This document shows positions 17,572 to 24,792 of a stretch of 24,792 nt of DNA, piece after piece. The notes beneath the pieces are model-generated. The model ran no database searches. It was not told where the DNA came from and saw nothing but the letters and a program-made list of their open reading frames with translations. Every line of letters begins with the position of its first letter. Positions within the stretch are counted from its first letter, which is position 1. Source of the DNA: a virus (taxonomy: Duplodnaviria; Heunggongvirae; Uroviricota; Caudoviricetes); the IMG/VR virus record IMGVR_UViG_3300023371_000083. One strand, written 5' to 3'. Made by a program: the position numbers and the translations under genes.

Positions 17572-17915
17572 TGGAGAAAGCACTTGAGTTTGAATGCAAT
17601 ATTACAGAGAATGATTTTTACGATAATTTAGATAATAGTGAAATTGAAGTATGGGGAGCAGCATTTATCTGGGACGAAAAAAATAATATTGGCGCAGAAT
17701 ACAATTTCTCAATTGATATGACAACCGATAGTATCATTGATTGTAGCGCAATCTATAAATCAGGAATTGATTATAATGGAAATTTGTGTACAGATTATAA
17801 TACATTTATCTATTATGAAATTGATTTCAAGTCCGCACATTGGAAAGAAAAACTTAGACAGGCGATGTATGCTGCATTTATAGAATTTCATAAAAATAAA
17901 ATTGAAATGAGGTAA
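17571..17915 (+). CDS. Hypothetical protein, tandem paralog B (EFECN/GAEYNF/YEIDF family)
   Basis: TAATG coupling; motifs shared with the previous gene. Confidence 0.82.
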   Translation: MEKALEFECNITENDFYDNLDNSEIEVWGAAFIWDEKNNIGAEYNFSIDMTTDSIIDCSAIYKSGIDYNGNLCTDYNTFIYYEIDFKSAHWKEKLRQAMYAAFIEFHKNKIEMR

Positions 17916-17937
17916 ATATTTTATAAGGAGTGATTTT

Positions 17938-18282
17938 ATGACACCGGTAATTAACCCGCTGTGGTTTTGGTTAATGGATTTTAGTAATCAGGCGGATTTT
18001 GCATTTGCTATTGGTGGTATGGTTTGTATTGGTATTTATGCTCTTATTAAATTATGTGCAGAAAATGAGCCGCATCACACAAACAAATTTCTTGTAATTG
18101 GTATTATTACATTTACTATCTCTTGTGTTACTCCAAGTGCAGATACAATTATGAAAATGTTAATTGCAAATACAATTACATATGAAAATATTGAATCTAC
18201 AAAAGATAGCACTAAAGAATTAGTCGATTATATTGTAGAGAAAGTAGACGCTATGTACAAAAACGAAGAAGAGGAAAAATAA
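17938..18282 (+). CDS. Phage-type membrane protein (two TM helices, INPxW...PSxxT..M motif)
   Basis: AAGGAG RBS; two hydrophobic segments followed by a charged tail. Confidence 0.78.
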   Translation: MTPVINPLWFWLMDFSNQADFAFAIGGMVCIGIYALIKLCAENEPHHTNKFLVIGIITFTISCVTPSADTIMKMLIANTITYENIESTKDSTKELVDYIVEKVDAMYKNEEEEK

Positions 18283-18307
18283 AATTAAATTGTAGTTGAG
18301 GTTTAAA

Positions 18308-18469
18308 ATGAATTATGTGTATCTAATTTGCTATTCAACAGAAGCTGGTACTTACACATCACATATTGCTTATGCTTCAGAAAGAAATGCGGAAATAAAA
18401 TGTGTGGAATTAATGGGGCAAGATGGGTTAGATTGGTATGTTGTTCGTGTTCCATTAATTTATGAATGA
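18308..18469 (+). CDS. Small hypothetical protein (53 aa, MNYVYLICYSTEAG...VPLIYE), not in the ORF track
   Basis: GAGGT RBS at 18298-18302, ATG at 18308, TGA at 18467-18469; fills an otherwise empty gap. Confidence 0.7.
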   Translation: MNYVYLICYSTEAGTYTSHIAYASERNAEIKCVELMGQDGLDWYVVRVPLIYE

Positions 18470-18514
18470 TAATGGAGTGAAATAGCTATTATTTGATAAA
18501 AGTGAGGTAATAAT

Positions 18515-19510
18515 ATGGCTGAACAGTTAAAAATTCTTGAATTATTTGGTGGAATTGGTGCTCCCAGAAAAGCCCTTGAAAATATGGGGTATGACATTAA
18601 ATCCATTGACTATGTTGAAATCCTGCCATTTGCAGTAATGGCTTATAATGCAATTTTTGATAATGGATATAAACCACAGGATATTTGTTGCTGGAATATG
18701 GATGTGGATGTACTGATTCATGGTAGCCCATGCCAGGATTGGAGTAAAAATGGTTTAAATAATGTAAACACAGGTAGATCTATTCTGTATGAAAAAACAT
18801 TGGATATTATCGGAAAAGAGCTTGTGAGAAAACCAAAAGTTGTCATTTGGGAAAATGTTCCCAACTTGTTATCTGAGGGTAAAAAAGTTAATCATAGAGT
18901 TCATCATCAACATTATCTTGATGTGATGGAGGGTTATGGTTATAAAAATTATTATTCTATCTTGAACGCAAGTGATTATGGAATTGCACAAGCAAGAGAA
19001 CGTCTTTATACAATTAGTATTTTAGATGATGTGGAATTTGAATTTCCTGAAGCGATCCCTCTAACAAAAGATATTAGATATTATCTCGAAAAACAAGTGA
19101 ATTGGGATGCATATGCATTATCTGATGCTGAACAGGCAATTTTCTTTAAAAACGATAATGGTGAAATGTGTGTAAGAGAAGCAACAAAAACTGGATATAA
19201 AGTGGTGGAAGAATATGATGTAATTAATGTAGAGTTTCCTAATTCTAAAACTCGTAGAGGAAGAGTTGGTAAAAAAGTTGCGAAAACTTTAACAACAAAT
19301 CCTAGACAAGCAATTTATTATGATGGGAAACTTAGAATGCTGACAGCGAGAGAACATCTCCGTTTAATGGGATTTAAAGATAGAGATTATAACCACATGT
19401 ATAGAAATGGTATCACCGAAAAACAAATTAGCTTCCTTGCAGGCAACAGCATTTGCATCCCTGTATTGGAGGCTATTTTTGGTAAGTTACAGGAAATCGG
19501 GGTGATTTAA
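18515..19510 (+). CDS. DNA (cytosine-5)-methyltransferase, apparently orphan
   Basis: Motif [18 protein letters not shown] (catalytic Cys), VI WENV, VIII QARERL, IX RMLTARE..RLMGF, X AGNSI. Confidence 0.95.
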   Translation: MAEQLKILELFGGIGAPRKALENMGYDIKSIDYVEILPFAVMAYNAIFDNGYKPQDICCWNMDVDVLIHGSPCQDWSKNGLNNVNTGRSILYEKTLDIIGKELVRKPKVVIWENVPNLLSEGKKVNHRVHHQHYLDVMEGYGYKNYYSILNASDYGIAQARERLYTISILDDVEFEFPEAIPLTKDIRYYLEKQVNWDAYALSDAEQAIFFKNDNGEMCVREATKTGYKVVEEYDVINVEFPNSKTRRGRVGKKVAKTLTTNPRQAIYYDGKLRMLTAREHLRLMGFKDRDYNHMYRNGITEKQISFLAGNSICIPVLEAIFGKLQEIGVI

Positions 19511-19511
19511 C

Positions 19512-20021
19512 ATGATTAAAAATAAAATGGAAATTCTTCAGGCTTTTTATGAACGATACGCAACTCCATATGTGGTTGGTAAGTGCGTTGGTTTTCATAC
19601 AATGGATAACAAAATTAGATTCACTTTTTATGATCGTGGATATTTTAATTTGTATGCATGGATTGAAGATGGAGAATTACATATCTCAAACGAAAGAATG
19701 GAATCTGTTTTTGATTATGCCGAAGAGAACGGGTTAACAGAATGGGATATCCTTTGTATTAAGTATGGGAAAGAAAAAGCAGCACAAATGACTAGAACAA
19801 ATCTGGCATTGAAAAATCTAAAAACGGCTTTAGAACATATGAAGTCTGCATGGTATAAATGTGAAACTGCATTCCATAATTTTGATATCAATGTAAATGA
19901 TTACATTTGTGGAAGCGAAGAAACTAATGATGAATATCCATTTGATAAATCATTTGACGATCTTAGGATTGTAGATTGGGTAGACGGAGCAATTAAGAGA
20001 ATTGATAAAGATTTAAAATGA
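19512..20021 (+). CDS. Hypothetical protein (169 aa)
   Basis: GGGGGTG RBS; coupled to the MTase. Confidence 0.78.
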   Translation: MIKNKMEILQAFYERYATPYVVGKCVGFHTMDNKIRFTFYDRGYFNLYAWIEDGELHISNERMESVFDYAEENGLTEWDILCIKYGKEKAAQMTRTNLALKNLKTALEHMKSAWYKCETAFHNFDINVNDYICGSEETNDEYPFDKSFDDLRIVDWVDGAIKRIDKDLK

Positions 20022-20031
20022 GGTGAAATTT

Positions 20032-20226
20032 ATGTTTAAAGTTGGAGATTATGTAAGATTAAATGAAGAATTCTGTAGGGAAGAAGAGAGAAAACTGATT
20101 TATATGATTACAGATGTAAACAATGCAACGAAAAGATGTTATATCGCAGCATTGAATACAAATTTATCTATCTTACCACAAGAATTAGTGTCTTTTGAAA
20201 TGATTAGAAAGGTTGATGAAAAATGA
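20032..20226 (+). CDS. KOW/SH3-like small protein, array member 1
   Basis: MFKVGDYVR... pattern; GAGGTG RBS supports ATG at 20032. Confidence 0.75.
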   Translation: MFKVGDYVRLNEEFCREEERKLIYMITDVNNATKRCYIAALNTNLSILPQELVSFEMIRKVDEK

Positions 20227-20660
20227 TTGGATTAAATACGAGATGTATTTTTAATACCAGCGATGTATATCATCAGCATCATAACGGTAGGGTATGTGTT
20301 GTAACTGATAGGATTTTATTTTCAGAAACAGAAGATGTACATTATGAAATTAGATTTGATGATTCAGATAGCATTTATATGGAAATGTGTGTTGTTAAAG
20401 AATCTGATTTAATTCCAATTGGAGATTATTTTATGCAACATCCAGAAAAATTTTATACCTTCAAGGGTGGCAGTGGTGTTCCTGATAGATATGCCAACGA
20501 AAAATGTTTAATTATAAACAGGGAGGACAAATATAATTGTAAAATTGTATTTGTTAATAATTCAACATGGTATTGTCATTTTAATGATCTTATCGAACCA
20601 ATTAAAATTACTCATAAGTTATTAAACGATTTAACAAATATTGGGGTAATTTTTCAATAA
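20223..20660 (+). CDS. Two-domain KOW/SH3-like protein, array member 2
   Basis: Two units (HNGRVCVV...YEIRFDD...ESDL; PDRYANEKCLI...IVFVN..WYCHFNDL) plus tail HKLLNDLTNI; ATGA coupling. Confidence 0.8.
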   Translation: MIGLNTRCIFNTSDVYHQHHNGRVCVVTDRILFSETEDVHYEIRFDDSDSIYMEMCVVKESDLIPIGDYFMQHPEKFYTFKGGSGVPDRYANEKCLIINREDKYNCKIVFVNNSTWYCHFNDLIEPIKITHKLLNDLTNIGVIFQ

Positions 20661-20679
20661 TGAAATAAGAGGTGCAAAT

Positions 20680-20892
20680 ATGAAATATGCTTTTGAAAAA
20701 GGAAAAAAATATATATACCGTGCAAAGGATCTGGCTGCAGGGGCTCCTGGATGGAGATATGATAATGCAATTTGTGTAGTGAAGTCCTATGATGGTGGCA
20801 ATAAAGTTTTTGTTGAATTTGAAGATGAAAATACAATGTGGGTTGCGCCACATAGATTAGATTTTCTATACCAAACAATTGAACCAATTTAA
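20680..20892 (+). CDS. KOW/SH3-like protein, array member 3; truncated by TAA, with the family tail continuing in frame to 20955
   Basis: FEKGKKYIY...PGWRYDNAICVV...VFVEFED..MWV; after TAA at 20890-20892 the frame reads LKMHLNLYRLIDGIIDIHCK*. Confidence 0.75.
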   Translation: MKYAFEKGKKYIYRAKDLAAGAPGWRYDNAICVVKSYDGGNKVFVEFEDENTMWVAPHRLDFLYQTIEPI

Positions 20893-20972
20893 TTAAAAAT
20901 GCATCTGAATCTTTATAGACTCATTGATGGTATTATTGATATTCATTGTAAATGAAAATGGTGGTGAAAAAA

Positions 20973-21209
20973 ATGTTTGCGATTGGGCAAAAATGTGTTT
21001 TTACATAATATAAAGAGCTTGATGGGAAAGAATGTATAGTTAATAGTAAGCCAATTAAAGATTCAGATGATAGAATTTATTACAAAGTGCTTTTTGAAGG
21101 AAATGACGAAAGATGGGCATATGAAAACGAACTGCAGATTGTGAAATATCAAGTCGATGCATCCATGTTTCGATTAATTGATGGTATTAATCAAATTACA
21201 TATATTTAA
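20973..21209 (+). pseudogene. KOW/SH3-like array member 4, interrupted by an in-frame TAA at codon 12 (not in the ORF track)
   Basis: GGTGGTG RBS, ATG at 20973; reads MFAIGQKCVFT*YKELDGKECIV...YYKVLFEGNDERWAYENEL...MFRLIDGINQITYI* with TAA at 21006-21008. Confidence 0.8.
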
Positions 21210-21225
21210 AATAGGAGGTATGACT

Positions 21226-21492
21226 ATGAGAACAATTAATGCGGGTGGTTTGTATCGTGTAAAATATGTGCCACATATTTCAAGTGGTGCACCAGAAAGT
21301 TTTGATGGTAAGTTATGTACAGTCACAAAAATCGTTGGCTTAGGAGATAAAGCCAAATGCTATGTGAATTGTAGAGGACTTATGGGGTTTTATTTATTCC
21401 CAGATGAACTTGCAGAGATTCGAACAGATGAATTAGATGAGTTTAAAATTATTTGTATGCGATTAGAGGAAATGAAGGTGTGTGCAAGATGA
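21226..21492 (+). CDS. KOW/SH3-like protein, array member 5
   Basis: AGGAGG RBS supports ATG at 21226; INAGGLYRV...APESFDGKLCTV...YLFPDEL. Confidence 0.8.
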   Translation: MRTINAGGLYRVKYVPHISSGAPESFDGKLCTVTKIVGLGDKAKCYVNCRGLMGFYLFPDELAEIRTDELDEFKIICMRLEEMKVCAR

Positions 21493-21737
21493 GTATTGTT
21501 ATCGGTGGCAAATATATGATGAAAAAATTTACCGATGATATGCCAAGTGAATACATTAATATTGTAAACAAAGTTGGCATAGTGGAAGATGAACAGGCTA
21601 TCAATGATGGAAGGAGAATGTTTATTTTGAGATGCAATGATAGGATTTATTGTTTATACGAAGACGAGTTGGTTCCTGTAGATAATAAAGATATTTATAA
21701 ATTGCTTGATGGTATTAAAAACATTAAATTAATATGA
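21489..21737 (+). CDS. KOW/SH3-like protein, array member 6
   Basis: ATGA coupling; IVIGGKYMM...LYEDEL...IYKLLDGIKNIKLI. Confidence 0.8.
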   Translation: MSIVIGGKYMMKKFTDDMPSEYINIVNKVGIVEDEQAINDGRRMFILRCNDRIYCLYEDELVPVDNKDIYKLLDGIKNIKLI

Positions 21738-21746
21738 GGTGAAAAT

Positions 21747-21998
21747 ATGAATGGTATTGTAATTGGAAACAAATATAGATTTATTGAAAATGATAAATAT
21801 GGCACATGTATGCCATTGAAATATCACGGTAAAATCTGTAAAGTTGTTGTGGCAGATGGAGAATGGCATGGTGTAGCATCGTATATTGTTCATTTTGAAG
21901 ATAATGATGTGCCATATTGGGTTCATTATGATGAATTGTATATCGTCGAAACTCCGTATAGATTAATTAACAGTATCAAACAAATTAAAATGTTATAA
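21747..21998 (+). CDS. KOW/SH3-like protein, array member 7
   Basis: GAGGTG RBS; IVIGNKYRF...PLKYHGKICKV...YIVHFED...WVHYDEL...YRLINSIKQIKML. Confidence 0.82.
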   Translation: MNGIVIGNKYRFIENDKYGTCMPLKYHGKICKVVVADGEWHGVASYIVHFEDNDVPYWVHYDELYIVETPYRLINSIKQIKML

Positions 21999-22009
21999 GG
22001 AGAATTGTT

Positions 22010-22291
22010 ATGATAAAAAAAGAAGTTTTTGATAACAAATTTGTATTTTTACGTGGCGAACATCATTGTGGTATTCCTGAAAGATATCGTGGGCAATTAT
22101 GCACTGTTGTTCAAATTGATGGTTATTCGCATGACAATGATATTATAGGAGAAAAGGCAACTGTTAGTATTCAATTTGTGAATGATGATAATATTAAATG
22201 GAGAACATTCTTTTGTGAATTAAAATTGTATAATACAATGAACGCTGATAAAATTCTGAATAGCATAAAAGATAAAATTCATTATTTATAA
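22010..22291 (+). CDS. KOW/SH3-like protein, array member 8
   Basis: AAGGAG RBS; IPERYRGQLCTV...IQFVND..KWRTFFCEL...KILNSIKDKIHYL. Confidence 0.8.
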   Translation: MIKKEVFDNKFVFLRGEHHCGIPERYRGQLCTVVQIDGYSHDNDIIGEKATVSIQFVNDDNIKWRTFFCELKLYNTMNADKILNSIKDKIHYL

Positions 22292-22312
22292 TATGAATAA
22301 TATTTAAAGAAG

Positions 22313-23314
22313 GTGATAATTATAAAAGATTTGTGGAATGAATTCATAAATTCTATCGGGTTTGCTTTAACAGCTTTACTTGTTGTAATTGGTTTGCCAG
22401 TCGTTTTGTGTTCGCTAATTGAATTTATAACAAATCCATATATTGTATTTTGGGTGTTGTTATTATTATTAATACTTTATATTTTATACAAGTTAGGATA
22501 TTGCGAATCATCTTGCAATCAAGGAATAATGGATGGCGAATATAAAGATAAAATTGTTGATGAATTACAGTTACATATTTATATGATACCTATTCTTGGA
22601 GGGTTGTATCCTCAATATAACAGAGGGACTTTAAAGGGCGAATATACAGCTGATATTGTTATGATGCAATTTTTATTAGCTTTAAAGAAGCGGTGTGAGA
22701 ATAACCCAAAACTAAAAGATTATTTCTTTAACAAAGATATGATTTATGTTGCTTTTAGAGAAAAATTTTGGCATAAACATAATGATAGTTTTATCCCAGC
22801 CAATCTATATAAATATACTTTATTTTTCTTTAAAAGGAATTTAAAGTGTAGCACAGAAGATGCTGAGAGATATTACAAAAAAGAATTGAATGAGATTTAT
22901 TATAATATTGTAAAAGAATGTCTGGAAACGACCTATTATGGTGTTGGCAAGGTTACACTGAAAGAAGATCTCTCCGGATATACTGTATCGTTTCCATTAA
23001 ATCTTGTGCCACCATTAGAATGGAAATTTTACAAATTTAAATGCACAGAAGATGAAAAAGAAAAAGCAATTCAAAAAGAATGGGAATATATTTTCACTGC
23101 ATCTGATAGATTGCAGCAATTTAAAGAGGAGGCTGATAAATATGTGAAAATGCATTTATCTAATGATGCAGAACGTCATCTTTGCAAGGAAACTAATACA
23201 TCGCTAACTTGCAGGGGAAAATGGAGATTTCCAAGAACTAAAGATTATGATTATAGAAAGGGGATTGGTAATGACGATCAAAACATACAAGTTAATTTAC
23301 AGAAATGGAATTAA
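22313..23314 (+). CDS. Hypothetical membrane-anchored protein (about 333 aa; two N-terminal TM helices); start uncertain
   Basis: Long ORF; hydrophobic IGFALTALLVVIGLPVVLCSLI and YIVFWVLLLLLILYILY; the GTG start sits inside the RBS-like AAGGTG. Confidence 0.78.
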   Translation: MIIIKDLWNEFINSIGFALTALLVVIGLPVVLCSLIEFITNPYIVFWVLLLLLILYILYKLGYCESSCNQGIMDGEYKDKIVDELQLHIYMIPILGGLYPQYNRGTLKGEYTADIVMMQFLLALKKRCENNPKLKDYFFNKDMIYVAFREKFWHKHNDSFIPANLYKYTLFFFKRNLKCSTEDAERYYKKELNEIYYNIVKECLETTYYGVGKVTLKEDLSGYTVSFPLNLVPPLEWKFYKFKCTEDEKEKAIQKEWEYIFTASDRLQQFKEEADKYVKMHLSNDAERHLCKETNTSLTCRGKWRFPRTKDYDYRKGIGNDDQNIQVNLQKWN

Positions 23315-23816
23315 AACATTGGAAGTTATCAAAGAATTTGAATGCAATCTTAAATACGAAAAGATAGAAAAAGATATGTCTGCGGATGAAATGGATAAAT
23401 TAATTGCCCAACTTGTTGATATATTGAATTTACATTTTGACTTAGGATATATGGTCGAAGAATATTATTACATTGTCGCATTCAATAAGTATGATGAGGT
23501 TGTTGGTATTTTTGAAGTGTCTCATGGCATTGATGATTCTTGCCATGCAACACCAAAAGAAATTGTAACAAGATTATTATTAGTTGATGCAAAAAAATGG
23601 ATTGGATTTCATAATCATCCGAGCCAAAATAGAAAACTACCAATAATCAGTAAAATTGATGAGGAAAATTATGAGTACTTATCAAAAATTTGTGATGAAT
23701 TTGGTATTGAATGTATAAATGATGTAGTAGTAACTGGTGGTTTATTTAATTATTACACTTCTGATGTAGACGATCAAGATGATGATAGTTTTACGGGGTG
23801 GATAAAAGATTATTAA
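23271..23816 (+). CDS. JAB/MPN domain protein, RadC-like
   Basis: EEYYYIVAFN, then G...SCHATPKEI, HNHPS...S.ID (JAMM HxH...S..D); AAAGGGG RBS supports ATG at 23271. Confidence 0.88.
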   Translation: MTIKTYKLIYRNGIKTLEVIKEFECNLKYEKIEKDMSADEMDKLIAQLVDILNLHFDLGYMVEEYYYIVAFNKYDEVVGIFEVSHGIDDSCHATPKEIVTRLLLVDAKKWIGFHNHPSQNRKLPIISKIDEENYEYLSKICDEFGIECINDVVVTGGLFNYYTSDVDDQDDDSFTGWIKDY

Positions 23817-23832
23817 GAAAGGGGGTGGCTCT

Positions 23833-24792
23833 ATGGAAGGGAGAGTTGAGCATAATTTTGCTGTTACCAATAAAACAAAAACATTATTAAAATCATTTGA
23901 CAGCATTTATGAAGAATATTATAACAGTTTAACCGCAGCAAAAGAGCCGAAAACCATCCTTTATTATATTAGATTGGTTACTAATTTCATGGAATATGCA
24001 TCTGATGAACGAGGGGTTAGTGATCCGGCAAAAATTAAAAAAGCAGATGTTGATGCTTATATGAATCATCTCAGATATATAAAATCAGGGGATACCGTAA
24101 AGCAAACAAGTGACAGTTATCGTGCTACAGTATGGTCTGCGCTAAATTCTTTTTATGGATTTATGGAAAAAAGTGAATACATAGAAACAAATTTTATGAG
24201 TAAAGTGGAAAGACCAAAAGTAAAAGATGATGTTCAGCGTATATTTATGACGCCAAAAGAATTGAGGGCAATTGTTAGGAATGCGGAATCTGTAGAGTCT
24301 GGTCAAGAGTGGAAAAAAGATTATAAAGGATGGGAAACTCGAAATGTAGTAATTATTCGAATGTTAATTGAAACTGGTATGCGTGTTACTGCATTAACCG
24401 AAATCAATTTGCAAGACATTAATTATGAATCAAATGTTGTGAGAGTTATTGATAAAAGGCGTAAAGTTCATGAATACCCTATTAGTAATGATACAGCAGA
24501 ATATATTAAAAAGTGGTTGGAATATAGAAATAAACTTTTAACCGAAGATAAACAAACGGATGCAGTTTTTATTTCCAATCATAAAAAAAGGATTACAGAC
24601 AGAAGCATTGAAACAATAGTAAAGAAATTATCTAGCGGTATAGATAAAAAAATAAGCCCACATAAATTCAGGGGATCTTATGCAACAAATCTTTATCATG
24701 CAACCGGTGATATCTATTTGGTGAAAGAATGTATGGGGCATGAAAGTGTAAATACAACACAGATTTATGTCCAGCCAGATTCAGAATCCAGG
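23833..24792 (+). CDS. Tyrosine recombinase/integrase (XerC/D-like), 3'-truncated by the window edge; not in the ORF track
   Basis: Open frame from ATG at 23833 to the window end (320 codons): ETGMRVT (Arg), IDKRRK (Lys), SPHKFR (HxxR), MGHES (His), TTQIY (Tyr), preceded by a core-binding-like domain. Confidence 0.95.
   Translation, partial: MEGRVEHNFAVTNKTKTLLKSFDSIYEEYYNSLTAAKEPKTILYYIRLVTNFMEYASDERGVSDPAKIKKADVDAYMNHLRYIKSGDTVKQTSDSYRATVWSALNSFYGFMEKSEYIETNFMSKVERPKVKDDVQRIFMTPKELRAIVRNAESVESGQEWKKDYKGWETRNVVIIRMLIETGMRVTALTEINLQDINYESNVVRVIDKRRKVHEYPISNDTAEYIKKWLEYRNKLLTEDKQTDAVFISNHKKRITDRSIETIVKKLSSGIDKKISPHKFRGSYATNLYHATGDIYLVKECMGHESVNTTQIYVQPDSESR

Larger units (their letters stand above)
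1..24792 (+). mobile_element. Accessory region of a large temperate phage/prophage (or similar integrative element) of a low-GC Bacillota host
   Basis: All credible genes are co-oriented and tightly packed, mostly small hypotheticals. Cargo is typical of phages (orphan C5 MTase, Thg1-like, RlaP-like, M28 peptidase, DUF3846, JAB, tyrosine recombinase). No housekeeping genes. No virion genes in the window, so phage versus ICE is inferred. Confidence 0.8.

Noticed and set aside
2725-19737. Alternative + strand frames nested in genes (2725..2916, 5276..5545, 10870..11103, 11481..11702, 19549..19737)
   Set aside because: They overlap motif-bearing or RBS-supported genes in another frame and have no independent support.
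18515-20021. Complete type II restriction-modification system
   Set aside because: No recognisable endonuclease motif in the flanking ORFs; recorded as an orphan MTase pending a profile search.
19480-20660. Resemblance of the MTase C-terminus (KLQEIGVI) to the end of array member 2 (LTNIGVIFQ)
   Set aside because: The match is only four residues and is probably chance.
1617-21926. All minus-strand ORFs in the track (e.g. 3892..5130, 5560..6201, 1617..2312, 3475..3885)
   Set aside because: They lie antisense to well-supported + strand genes, are Ile/Phe/Cys/His-rich as expected for shadow frames of AT-rich coding DNA, and lack RBS or motifs.
20032-22291. Diversity-generating retroelement, shufflon or CRISPR as the source of the paralog array
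   Set aside because: No reverse transcriptase, no long near-identical TR/VR pair, no inverted recombination-site repeats and no regularly spaced direct repeats; similarity is mainly at the protein level.
1-24792. Genome-wide stop-codon recoding to explain the in-frame TAA codons
   Set aside because: TAA and TGA clearly end most genes and are followed by RBS and new starts. The phage recodings I know of involve TAG or TGA. The in-frame junctions at 839/840 and 2231/2232 have their own RBS-like sites.
1-24792. tRNA, rRNA, riboswitches, intrinsic terminators, att sites
   Set aside because: No cloverleaf, GC-rich hairpin with U-tract or att-like core could be identified; intergenic gaps are mostly under 30 nt.

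Overview
AT-rich (roughly 30% GC by eye, not computed), densely packed window in which every credible gene lies on the + strand. There are about 52 CDS, mostly small hypotheticals with Firmicutes-type Shine-Dalgarno sites (AGGAG/GAGGTG) and frequent stop/start coupling. This looks like the accessory region of a large temperate phage or prophage of a Clostridia/Bacillota host, reminiscent of the SPbeta small-gene regions; no structural genes are in the window, so the element type is inferred. Recognisable genes: a AAA+ ATPase, a 795-aa protein with a Ser-Cys-His motif and Cys-rich repeats paired with an M28-like zinc peptidase, a DUF3846 protein, an RlaP-like Pol-beta nucleotidyltransferase, a Thg1-like 3'-5' polymerase, two related HTH proteins, an orphan C5 cytosine methyltransferase, a JAB/RadC protein, and a tyrosine recombinase that runs off the right edge and is missing from the ORF track. 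The most unusual structure is a tandem array of eight divergent small KOW/SH3-like paralogs (20032-22291), five of which share a C-terminal amphipathic tail. Two adjacent members are interrupted by in-frame TAA codons. Many starts were moved from the ORF track to RBS-supported starts. Family calls rest on motif recognition by eye, with no database searches.
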